Below, piece by piece: positions 1 through 8,642 of a stretch of DNA of 64,000 nt. Source of the DNA: a virus. Taxonomy: Duplodnaviria > Caudoviricetes. The translations under genes and the position numbers were made by a program. The number at the start of each line of letters is the position of its first letter. Position 1 is the first letter of the stretch. The stretch lies in IMG/VR virus record IMGVR_UViG_3300033075_001021; one strand, 5' to 3'. Below the pieces are notes generated by a model. That model saw only the letters and a list, made by a program, of their open reading frames with translations, made no database searches and was not told the DNA's origin.

Positions 1-738
1 TTTATCAATCCACTTCTTTGCTTCTTTGTCCCATGTTGGAACACCACCCTTAACTACAATTTCAAGGTAGTCGTATGGTTTAATACTGTAAACATCTTGC
101 CATGTTCTTTCATCTGATAACCATTCTTTTGCCAAATCAGCATCTTCGCTCAATGGGCTTGGGTCAACATGTGAAATACTTTGAACAACAGGACGATTGT
201 TTTGGTCCCTTGCAATCATAACTAAGAGGTCACGACCAGTTTCAGCATCTGTGATGTCTTTATTTACCGCTTGCAATACACCGTAAATTTTATCTAGTGT
301 ACCTGTCTTACGGTAGTCGTGATTAAAACGCCAGAATTTAGGACCATCGGCCTCGTTATCTCTATCGATAACTTTTACAACGTACATTTTCTTTGCGCTG
401 TACTTCTTTGCCAATTCTTTGTCAGATTCTTTACCCGTAGCAATAAGTGCCTCACGTGCTTCGCAGAAAGGACAATCTTCACCCTTTTCGTGCTTTAAGC
501 AAACGAAAGTTTTCCATTCACCTTCAACTTGGTATTTGTGACCGTGAATTTCAACAAATGGGGAAGAGCCGTCTTTAGTTGGGAGAATTCTAATGCGTCT
601 TGTTGCAGACTTTTCTTTTTCTTTTAAGAACGTAGTGAAATAGTTCTTTAAATCATAGGTTTTTTCAGTTTTAGTATAAGATGTTGTGTTGTTCTCATAC
701 TGTTTTAGCATTGCTGCTAGGATGTTTGTGTTACTCAT
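1..738 (-). CDS. T4 gp32-like single-stranded DNA-binding protein (3' end beyond window start)
   Basis: Not in the ORF track because it is truncated. Manual translation from ATG at 738: MSNTNILAAMLKQYE...RRIRILPTKDGSSPFVEIHGH...FVCLKHEKGEDCPFCE...MYVVKVIDRDNEADGPKFWRF. The IRILP, zinc-type C..CP.C and V.VIDR....G.K motifs are typical of gp32-like SSBs. Confidence 0.85.
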   Translation of the reverse strand, partial: MSNTNILAAMLKQYENNTTSYTKTEKTYDLKNYFTTFLKEKEKSATRRIRILPTKDGSSPFVEIHGHKYQVEGEWKTFVCLKHEKGEDCPFCEAREALIATGKESDKELAKKYSAKKMYVVKVIDRDNEADGPKFWRFNHDYRKTGTLDKIYGVLQAVNKDITDAETGRDLLVMIARDQNNRPVVQSISHVDPSPLSEDADLAKEWLSDERTWQDVYSIKPYDYLEIVVKGGVPTWDKEAKKWIDK

Positions 739-790
739 AATTAATAAATGTTTGTTTAAATATGTAGATTGTTATTTTACTCGGATTTTA

Positions 791-821
791 TAAATATACT
801 AAAAAAACGCAGCTAAGTCAA
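791..821 (-). promoter_or_regulatory. Proximal SSB promoter (TTG-N20-TATATTTA), overlapping an ATATTTAT late-like motif
   Basis: Minus strand reads TTGACT-17 nt-TATATTTATA, about 50 nt upstream of the SSB ATG. Confidence 0.6.
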
Positions 822-868
822 GTACCAAATGGATATTTTTTTCGGATAGCGGTTCGTTCATAGTTATA

Positions 869-900
869 CAAATATACCAAAAAAAGTAGGTAAATGCAAA
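869..900 (-). promoter_or_regulatory. Distal SSB promoter, Bacteroidota sigmaA type
   Basis: Minus strand TTTG-CATTTACCTACTTTTTTTGG (20 nt)-TATATTTG is an exact -33 TTTG / -7 TAnnTTTG match. Confidence 0.7.
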
Positions 901-924
901 TGAAAGCAATAAAATTTTTGAAAT

Positions 925-951
925 AAAAAAAGGGACGCTAGCTGCGTCCCT
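925..951 (-). terminator. Rho-independent terminator
   Basis: AGGGACGC-AGCTA-GCGTCCCT hairpin followed by a U-tract on the minus strand, just after the 959..1747 stop. Confidence 0.85.
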
Positions 952-958
952 GGTATTT

Positions 959-1747
959 TTAGATGTCTTCTTCTTCGTAATCTGGTATATTAAAACTGTC
1001 CTTTACTGACGTATCCGTGTAGGAATCAACATCATCCTTTGTAAGGACATATTCTTTTGGTTTTTGTTCAGTTTCATAACCATCAATATCTTTGAAATAA
1101 TCTGATAATTTTATATTATACGGAAAAGAATCCATAGCCCTCATTTCAAGTTTTTCTACTGGGGTTGGGTTTCTTTTAATTATTTCTTTTTCTAATGATT
1201 CGATTTTATCTGATATCGCACCCATGCTTGAAATTCTCTGCTCTAACTCGCTAAACTTAGCCAAGATTTGGTCAGTTTTTTGATTTGCCATCTGAGCCGA
1301 TTCTTTTGCTTCGTCACTAGCTTGAACCAATTGTGTTACGTCAACTTCTACTTCGTCTTCAGCTGGCATCTCACCACCCATATCATCGGCTGGCATTTCA
1401 GCACCCATGTCATCACCGCCAAATAAATTATCATCTTCTGGTGCTGCATCGGCCCCTTGAGCTGGAGGGGTTTGATTATTAGCAGCTGGCGCTGGTTGTG
1501 CTGGTGGGTTTTGGTTATTAGCTGGCGCTTGTTGTGTTGCAGCATCTGGAGCTGCGCCACCACCAGTATTAGCCGCTGTTTTTGAGTCATCAGCAGGGTC
1601 CTCGTCAACTTCTTCTAAATCTGTACCTAAAATAAGATTGTCCTCTTCTGGTTCAGTATCTTCTCGGTAAAAACTATACTCAGATATCATCTTGAACCTT
1701 TTGATTTCTTCTTTTAAAAGTTCTGGATTAAATTTCTTTTTTGCCAT
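959..1747 (-). CDS. Acidic, low-complexity hypothetical protein, possibly prohead core/internal head protein
   Basis: 262 aa; N-terminal LLKEEIKRFKMISEY motif, Pro/Ala/Gln-rich linker, coiled coil, terminator downstream. Confidence 0.6.
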   Translation of the reverse strand: MAKKKFNPELLKEEIKRFKMISEYSFYREDTEPEEDNLILGTDLEEVDEDPADDSKTAANTGGGAAPDAATQQAPANNQNPPAQPAPAANNQTPPAQGADAAPEDDNLFGGDDMGAEMPADDMGGEMPAEDEVEVDVTQLVQASDEAKESAQMANQKTDQILAKFSELEQRISSMGAISDKIESLEKEIIKRNPTPVEKLEMRAMDSFPYNIKLSDYFKDIDGYETEQKPKEYVLTKDDVDSYTDTSVKDSFNIPDYEEEDI

Positions 1748-1748
1748 A

Positions 1749-1943
1749 TTAAATTAATAATTGTCTACCGTCTTCGACGATTATTTTCTTATTTACTCTT
1801 TCGATAATACTTTTATCGTTTTTTATAACGCATACACCTGAGCTACAATCCATTTCTTCATTTTCTTGCTGTGGTTGTTGTTCTTGACCCAAGAAGCTAT
1901 CTAAAGCTGATTTAAGGTCTTTTTCATTCTTTTCGTTATTCAT
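1749..1943 (-). CDS. Small hypothetical protein
   Basis: 64-aa ORF 1 nt upstream of the next gene; ATATTTAT motif 21 nt upstream. Confidence 0.7.
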   Translation of the reverse strand: MNNEKNEKDLKSALDSFLGQEQQPQQENEEMDCSSGVCVIKNDKSIIERVNKKIIVEDGRQLLI

Positions 1944-1982
1944 AAAAAATATATTTAGATACCTATAAATATCTACATTTGA

Positions 1983-2384
1983 CTAAAAAATCCGTTTTAT
2001 ATCGAAAAGGGTCAATTTCCCATTATCAACCAAAATAAGCTTTTGCTGATATTCTGACCACTCAACTTTAACGCTTTTAATATCAACATTACCAATGTCA
2101 CCACCAAGATTTGTTTTAATTAATTCATTTAAGGCGTTGATTGTATACAACGCTTCACCACGTTTATGTATCATAACGGCATTCTGAAAGTAATCTTTCA
2201 GATTAATTTGTTTTCCGTCTTTAAGAATGAGTTTAAATGTAATGACGACTTTAGAATCGTCGGAAGGAAGTGAATACCCAAAAATTTTGGTCTTTTCAAT
2301 ACTAAATTGAGTACCTAAATACTCTATAAATGCATCTATCTTGTCAGTATGTACAAATGATGCTAATAAAATTGTCTTATCCAT
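1983..2384 (-). CDS. Hypothetical phage protein
   Basis: 133 aa, globular composition (HKRGEALYTINALNELI); overlaps the stop of the upstream gene. Confidence 0.7.
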   Translation of the reverse strand: MDKTILLASFVHTDKIDAFIEYLGTQFSIEKTKIFGYSLPSDDSKVVITFKLILKDGKQINLKDYFQNAVMIHKRGEALYTINALNELIKTNLGGDIGNVDIKSVKVEWSEYQQKLILVDNGKLTLFDIKRIF

Positions 2385-2973
2385 GGTCTATCGAATACAA
2401 ATATGGTATAAATTTGACTTGATTGTCAAGATTTTCTACTCTTTTTTTATATTCAATAAATATTTGATTATCACCCAAAAGAACCTGGTTAATTTTGGAT
2501 AATTTGGATAAAACCCTTTCTTTTTTAAGTCCAACAAATTCAAGTAAGCTTAAATCTAACCCAAAAATTAATTTTTCACCATAAATGTAGACCATATCAT
2601 CGTTTCGATATATGATTGGGTTGTTAAATAACTTGATTTTTCTGATTATTTTCTTAATTGACCTCTTAGAAAGAGAAAGTGGGTCAATAAAATAATATGC
2701 AATATCTGAAACTAACGAATAATAACATAAATGAGTAAAATTATACATATCTTCCTCAAAAATGTCACGTTTTTCAGTCCTTTTAAAGGTCCAATATACG
2801 TTTTCATCAGCTTTTCTTGATATTACGTCTAAGTTTGGGTAACTTTTAACCGCAATATCGAATCCAATGATTAATGTGGGAAGCCCATGGATAATTTCAT
2901 CCATGGACTTCACTACATTAAAGTCATCTGAAACATTAATTTTGGTTGTTGAAACAATGTTGCCAAGTATCAT
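2377..2973 (-). CDS. Hypothetical protein (probably leaderless mRNA)
   Basis: About 198 aa; ATG at 2973 lies 5 nt below a TATATTTG -7 element. Confidence 0.7.
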   Translation of the reverse strand: MILGNIVSTTKINVSDDFNVVKSMDEIIHGLPTLIIGFDIAVKSYPNLDVISRKADENVYWTFKRTEKRDIFEEDMYNFTHLCYYSLVSDIAYYFIDPLSLSKRSIKKIIRKIKLFNNPIIYRNDDMVYIYGEKLIFGLDLSLLEFVGLKKERVLSKLSKINQVLLGDNQIFIEYKKRVENLDNQVKFIPYLYSIDHG

Positions 2974-2978
2974 CAAGG

Positions 2979-3009
2979 CAAATATACTAATTTATCTTCA
3001 AAAATGCAA
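2979..3009 (-). promoter_or_regulatory. Bacteroidota-type promoter
   Basis: Minus strand TTG-CATTTTTGAAGATAAATTAG (20 nt)-TATATTTG. Confidence 0.7.
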
Positions 3010-6000
3010 TTAATTCCAATATAATTGGTCTTTACTATCATTAAATTTCTTTAAAAATTCAGATGCAGCACTACTTCTTTTATATGGGCGAAAAATCGGG
3101 GCTTTTGGGTCATTTTGAGGGCATCGCCAACCATTTGTGTATGGACCAGCATATATTTCTTTTAATGTTTTATACCCTCTTGTGTTTGCACAACCACAGC
3201 AAACCTCAACAAAATGTGCAAATAAAAACGCAGCATATTGTTCATCAATATTTGGTACCTTTTTGGTTTCTTCAATAAATGTTTTATATGCTTTCATGTT
3301 TACCAAATAATTCATTTGTTCATCAACTGTTTTAAATTTACTTGGGTTAGAATTATACAACCTAAAAACATCTGGATATGAAACTCTATTCCATTGTATT
3401 AATCCAAGTGATGGTGCAGAATTTGTATCTGCTTTATTCAATGCACCTAATTCAAATTCTGATTCAATTTCAATATTACCCATAATACCAGCAGCTATTT
3501 CTTTACTCAAACCTAAATTTTTCAAATAATTTTTAACCGCTATCTTATTATTAGTATTATTATTTGGTAAATAATATTTTAGGTTTGAATTAGGTTTTGC
3601 GCTAGGTAGACTATACCCTTCTAACATTGAAGAGAACAAACTTGAGACGTCGATAAGCGGCGTTTGATTCCTGTTGATTCTTGTACCTGTAAAGTATGTT
3701 GACATGTAGTTAGGCTTAATGTTATGTCTAACTCTTGTAATCAAATAAGCGCCACGGAACATAGGTATATTATCCAATTGGAAATACATCATTGGTTGAA
3801 TCATCGCATCACCCATCATTTCTACTTCAACTTTATAACTTCTAATTGAATAGATATTATAAAGGTTCTGACCAACATATGTTTGGCTAGCTTGTGAAAA
3901 TTGATTAGCTATTGCATCTGTAATATTTAATGATTCGGCTGTTTCGTTAAATTCTGCTTGGTCAAGGGTGACATCTTTAAAAAGATTTTGATTTTGTTGA
4001 CCATATCTAACAATAAACGCAGCGCTTTTATCTTCATATGTTTGGCCACTAGTTGTAAAATCATCTGGAATTGATGTTTCATCCGTGAAATTAAAACCGT
4101 CGTCTGGATACTCAGCATTTGGGCCAAAATCAAGTTTTGTTGATGTCTGTCCAACATACATACATACAAATGACGGACCAGTTGTTGCTTCAGTTAGTTC
4201 ATAATATGGATATGGTTTGAATACGTTTTGATACTCATTAACATTGTTATAATCAACAAAATTGGGTAACGCAATAAATTCAAACTTATTATCGTTAAGT
4301 ATTCTACCAACAACGTCATAAAAAGAGTTGTTGCTACTCTCCAATAAGATTTTTGATACCGTAACTGGATTGATTTGAAAGATATCACCAATATCTTGAT
4401 ATGACCTTGTTAAAAATCTAAAACTATCAATTAGTCCGAGTTCAGTACTTTTTCTCTTTTCACGTAATTTATCATCAGTAGATAATCTTTGCACACCAGT
4501 GTTTTTTATCTTACAACATTGGAATAAAATATCTTTTGAAGCTGTTGCCGATTCGCCCTTACTTGTATCGGCTATCCATTTGTCGTATATCTTTTTTAGT
4601 GTTCGATAAATCTCAAGTTTAACTTGTTCATTATCGTTATTACTAAAGAATACTTTTTCTTTTTCTTCAACAGCAGGGCCTATTACACCTAAAAACTTGT
4701 TTATATACAAATTTACAGTGCTTTCTTTTATCTTTGGTTTTGGTGAGCAGTCAGACTCTATGTCTTCTCTACTCCATATATACCATGAGTTATTTGCTAT
4801 ATACTTATAACTAAACATCAATTCTTTTAACTTGTTTGATGCTGCCGAATCATCCTTAAATTCAGAATAAAAGTTATATGCATATTTATTGTCACTTGGG
4901 TTTTCTAAGTATACAAAGTTAAAGAAGTTGTATCGTTTATCAAACGTATCGCCGTTTGGTAGTGTAAAGTTATTGGCTAACGTTTGTATTGATATTATAT
5001 TGTTAGTAGCATTTACCGCAGCTGTATTTACTGCTAGAAAATTTGTTACCCAATTTGCATCACTTGGACCAGAAGACGGTACAATTTCAAATAGTTTAGC
5101 AATATTCTTATACGAATTAGCATAACTTTCATTATTTACAAAATTTTCAAATTCGTTTTTAAATTGCTTCTTAACAACATCTGGTAATTTCAATATTTCG
5201 TCTTCAATTTTTTGGTAAAGTTTTGCATCGTAAAAACACATACCAAATGCTTTACCTTGTTTAGCCTCTTTGGCATATGTTTTCAAGTATTCGTCTTTCT
5301 TTGGATAATTACCATTAATTGGTAATAAATCATCCGTGAAAACAAGTGGTTCTGTGGATGATTCGTATCTCCATAGTAACCCACCAATAAATGCTGGAAA
5401 TAATTCAGGTACTTGTATAAATCCAGTTCTGTACTTAAACACATTTAGAATTTCTGGTTGTCTAAAAATTCCAATATTATCTTCGCCAGTTACATCTATT
5501 AATCCCCTCCAAGGTAATGAATGTAAAAATAAAAAGGCTCTTCCCTCGTTTGTTTGAGCATTGTAAAACCTACTTGTAAATAAAGAATAGTTTATCATGT
5601 TTACACGGCCATCAACCACACCAAAATTAAAAAATGGATAACACAATTCAGAGCTGTTTTTACTAAGATTTAAAATTGTATTTCCAATATCTTTATGGTA
5701 ACCAAACATTACGTTTTTTGCTTCATTTAATTTCTCTTTTGACTCAGTTACTGGGAATGTAGATTTTAAGTCAAAATTTGTTTTACCAATTCGTTTTTCA
5801 GAAAGACCACCATTAGTCTTATCTGTACTATTGTAAAATAAAGTATAAAAATTCATCTGGTTACTTACGCCATATTGATTTTCATAATTTATCAATTTAT
5901 ATTCTTGTACACCATATCTTCCATTATTTGCTAAGAAGCCAGCGCTTTTAATATTTTCTGGTGTGTAGCTTTTAGCTTTTAAACCACTAAGTACGAAAAC

Positions 6001-8331
6001 ACTTGGCGTGTTTAATGACGGTGAAGTAACAGCTTTATTATCATATGTCGTTGCAGTAACAAATTCTATATATGGTACTCTAGTGTCATTTAATGGTGTT
6101 TGACAAGCGTAGCTAGTTAATAGATATCTTGCAGCATTATCATTACTTAGTGTATAATATGCATTGTTAAATCCCTTATCAACAGGTAGATTATATCTAT
6201 AAACATTTGTTGAACCTATAGGGATGATATCAGATACATAACCATATTCATAAAATCCATTAGATAGTGTCAAAACTTTATTTATTTCACCATTTATTAC
6301 TCCAGTTATGTTTGTGAATTTATCCAAAGAATACTGTTTGATTGCTTGTAATACTGTTGGTTGAGAATTAAACTTTTTTAATACTAAATTTGCTTCAGAT
6401 TCAGCAAACGCTTGGATTTCTTCTTGACTTAAGGTTGAATTAGCAAAACCGATAAAACCAACCATTCTAAGCATCATTAATCTTACAATATCATCTGGTC
6501 TTGCTGATGTATCTAATCTATCATATGGTGTTTTAATCTCCCTATCGTTATAAAAAATTGAATCAATTGGTGCAAAGGAATTCCATGCAATTGGCCCATC
6601 CGCAGTTTGATTTTTTTCTTGTTCAATGTTTGTTATCATTGCTTGATATAGCTCTTCAACAAATCTAATTTCTGGAACGTTAAGCGGATTTTTAAGGGGA
6701 CCCTTTTTGGACCCCAAATATTTTTCCACGCCGTTCTCAATATATTCTGGCCACGGATAAATAGTACCTGATTTAATTACATCAGATTTAACATCAATAT
6801 TGGTACTTTTTGACTGATTTTCAAATATTTTGAATTCGGCAACTCTTGTATCGTCATTGTATTTTGATGAAACTTCAAATAATAAATCCAAAAATACTTC
6901 AACATGTGATGTTAAAAGCATTATTGTATTCCTAATAGTTGGGTCAAAACCAAGTTCTGATTTTAATGTTTTTCTCAAGTCCTCAGCAACAAGTTTTGAA
7001 ACATCGTCATATTTCTTTTCCAATGTTTTCAACATATTATCCAATTCGTCACCAATTTCAGTAAAATCGTAAAATTTAATATACGAATCAGTTATTGGTA
7101 TGTCCTCAGCGGCCCTCTTTAATCTATCGATTATAAGATTTAATGTTGTTGAATTAGTAACATCTACAATATAACCGTATCTTTCTTTAACATAGTCCCT
7201 AAAATCATTTACATCATTAAACATTTTTTGTACATTAACAAGGATATCAATGTTGCTTGATTGGTTTTTTAATTTGAGTTCTTCAATATCTCCAGATTTT
7301 TCATTAAAAGATTTAACAAAATCAAGATATTTTTTATTAAACGTCGGAATAATTTCCCTATAATTTTTTGTATCTAAAAAGTTTACCTTATCACCACCGT
7401 CAGAAGGGTCTTTTATTATTGTGATATATGGATATGTATCACTTGGTGGTGCAATAGATGTCTGCAATTGTGAAAGGGTATCTTTTAACCCAAGTTTCAT
7501 CTGTTCAATCATTGATTTCAATTCTTTAATGATTGCCAAATTATTCGTATTTTTATTATCTTCCTTTAGTTGACCGTTGATTAATCCATCAATATTACCC
7601 ATTATTTCAATAAATCTATTTATTGAAATCATATCGTTACCATCAGCCATCTTTTTGTTAGCTAAAATAGTTTTTCCTTTTTCAAGGGTTACCGCTGCTT
7701 TTAAATAACCAATAAGAATATCTGATAACATTGCATATGTATACCCAACGAATTGTGCTGCAATTTCAAAATTACCAGTTTGTGAATTAAATTTTATATT
7801 ACACTTGACCATGTGTAAGCAATAAGTAACTGGTTTTCCATAAAACCCCTTTACCTTAAGTTCAAATAACGGATATGGAAACTTAAATAAAACATTGTAT
7901 TTTGATTGTCCACCCGATTGAAATAGCGCACCGCCTTTAACATCTATAAAATTAATGTTAATTAATGGTGCATAAGATGAGTTAAAATCAATATCTATAT
8001 TTGTTATACCTAACGATTCATCAAGTTCATTTAATTCCGTACCAAGCTCAGTGTATTGTGTTGTTAAATAATTTTGATAGCCAGTTGTCTTTCCAGTCGC
8101 ACCATCAATAAACCTTACTGTCCGACCCTCAACTTCAATAATTGAGTTTTTATTATCTTTAGTATTTAAAATGGTTCTACTTTTAGAGTTTGTTTTTAAC
8201 TCTACTACAATACATAGGTCCTCATTTGGAACCGACATGTTAAGGTTGGTTACATCAAAAACCCCCTTTTTATATTCACCACTAAAATCATTAGGGTCTA
8301 TTATTCTAACCCTTCCGTTACTATCCCCCAT
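3010..8331 (-). CDS. Large baseplate hub protein with C-terminal phage tail lysozyme-like domain
   Basis: 1773 aa. Hub-like N-terminus (GITNIDIDFNSSYAPLININFIDVKG) and late hub motif (YKVEVEMMGDAMIQP...GAYLITRVRHNI); C-terminal YLKNLGLSKEIAAGIMGNIEIES...GLIQWN resembles Phage_lysozyme2. Lies in the tail module. Confidence 0.75.
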   Translation of the reverse strand: MGDSNGRVRIIDPNDFSGEYKKGVFDVTNLNMSVPNEDLCIVVELKTNSKSRTILNTKDNKNSIIEVEGRTVRFIDGATGKTTGYQNYLTTQYTELGTELNELDESLGITNIDIDFNSSYAPLININFIDVKGGALFQSGGQSKYNVLFKFPYPLFELKVKGFYGKPVTYCLHMVKCNIKFNSQTGNFEIAAQFVGYTYAMLSDILIGYLKAAVTLEKGKTILANKKMADGNDMISINRFIEIMGNIDGLINGQLKEDNKNTNNLAIIKELKSMIEQMKLGLKDTLSQLQTSIAPPSDTYPYITIIKDPSDGGDKVNFLDTKNYREIIPTFNKKYLDFVKSFNEKSGDIEELKLKNQSSNIDILVNVQKMFNDVNDFRDYVKERYGYIVDVTNSTTLNLIIDRLKRAAEDIPITDSYIKFYDFTEIGDELDNMLKTLEKKYDDVSKLVAEDLRKTLKSELGFDPTIRNTIMLLTSHVEVFLDLLFEVSSKYNDDTRVAEFKIFENQSKSTNIDVKSDVIKSGTIYPWPEYIENGVEKYLGSKKGPLKNPLNVPEIRFVEELYQAMITNIEQEKNQTADGPIAWNSFAPIDSIFYNDREIKTPYDRLDTSARPDDIVRLMMLRMVGFIGFANSTLSQEEIQAFAESEANLVLKKFNSQPTVLQAIKQYSLDKFTNITGVINGEINKVLTLSNGFYEYGYVSDIIPIGSTNVYRYNLPVDKGFNNAYYTLSNDNAARYLLTSYACQTPLNDTRVPYIEFVTATTYDNKAVTSPSLNTPSVFVLSGLKAKSYTPENIKSAGFLANNGRYGVQEYKLINYENQYGVSNQMNFYTLFYNSTDKTNGGLSEKRIGKTNFDLKSTFPVTESKEKLNEAKNVMFGYHKDIGNTILNLSKNSSELCYPFFNFGVVDGRVNMINYSLFTSRFYNAQTNEGRAFLFLHSLPWRGLIDVTGEDNIGIFRQPEILNVFKYRTGFIQVPELFPAFIGGLLWRYESSTEPLVFTDDLLPINGNYPKKDEYLKTYAKEAKQGKAFGMCFYDAKLYQKIEDEILKLPDVVKKQFKNEFENFVNNESYANSYKNIAKLFEIVPSSGPSDANWVTNFLAVNTAAVNATNNIISIQTLANNFTLPNGDTFDKRYNFFNFVYLENPSDNKYAYNFYSEFKDDSAASNKLKELMFSYKYIANNSWYIWSREDIESDCSPKPKIKESTVNLYINKFLGVIGPAVEEKEKVFFSNNDNEQVKLEIYRTLKKIYDKWIADTSKGESATASKDILFQCCKIKNTGVQRLSTDDKLREKRKSTELGLIDSFRFLTRSYQDIGDIFQINPVTVSKILLESSNNSFYDVVGRILNDNKFEFIALPNFVDYNNVNEYQNVFKPYPYYELTEATTGPSFVCMYVGQTSTKLDFGPNAEYPDDGFNFTDETSIPDDFTTSGQTYEDKSAAFIVRYGQQNQNLFKDVTLDQAEFNETAESLNITDAIANQFSQASQTYVGQNLYNIYSIRSYKVEVEMMGDAMIQPMMYFQLDNIPMFRGAYLITRVRHNIKPNYMSTYFTGTRINRNQTPLIDVSSLFSSMLEGYSLPSAKPNSNLKYYLPNNNTNNKIAVKNYLKNLGLSKEIAAGIMGNIEIESEFELGALNKADTNSAPSLGLIQWNRVSYPDVFRLYNSNPSKFKTVDEQMNYLVNMKAYKTFIEETKKVPNIDEQYAAFLFAHFVEVCCGCANTRGYKTLKEIYAGPYTNGWRCPQNDPKAPIFRPYKRSSAASEFLKKFNDSKDQLYWN

Positions 8332-8641
8332 ATAATGTGTTGTATCTATTTACTGCTGCTGTGTATCTGTTTATTGCGCTTTCAAAAGGAAATGGTATCC
8401 TTATTGTTGATTGGTCTGGAATCATAAATTCTAACCCACCAAATTGTGGATTGGCTAGCATAATTAGCCACCCATAATATGGTGAATTATAGTATGAATT
8501 ACTTAATTTGTCAAGCCTAGTTTCACCAAGCTTATAAATTACTAACTTATCACTACCTTGTTCAGGTATATTAAGACCTGGAACTGGTTTCATTTTGCTG
8601 TTAAATCTGAAATTACTATATCTATCAAAATATCTAGGCAT
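8321..8641 (-). CDS. Baseplate LysM-like protein (T4 gp53 / P2 gpX-like)
   Basis: 106 aa; GETRLDKLSNSYYNSPYYGWLIMLANP...IPDQSTIRIP matches the LysM-like wedge pattern. Confidence 0.75.
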   Translation of the reverse strand: MPRYFDRYSNFRFNSKMKPVPGLNIPEQGSDKLVIYKLGETRLDKLSNSYYNSPYYGWLIMLANPQFGGLEFMIPDQSTIRIPFPFESAINRYTAAVNRYNTLYGG

Positions 8642-8642
8642 A

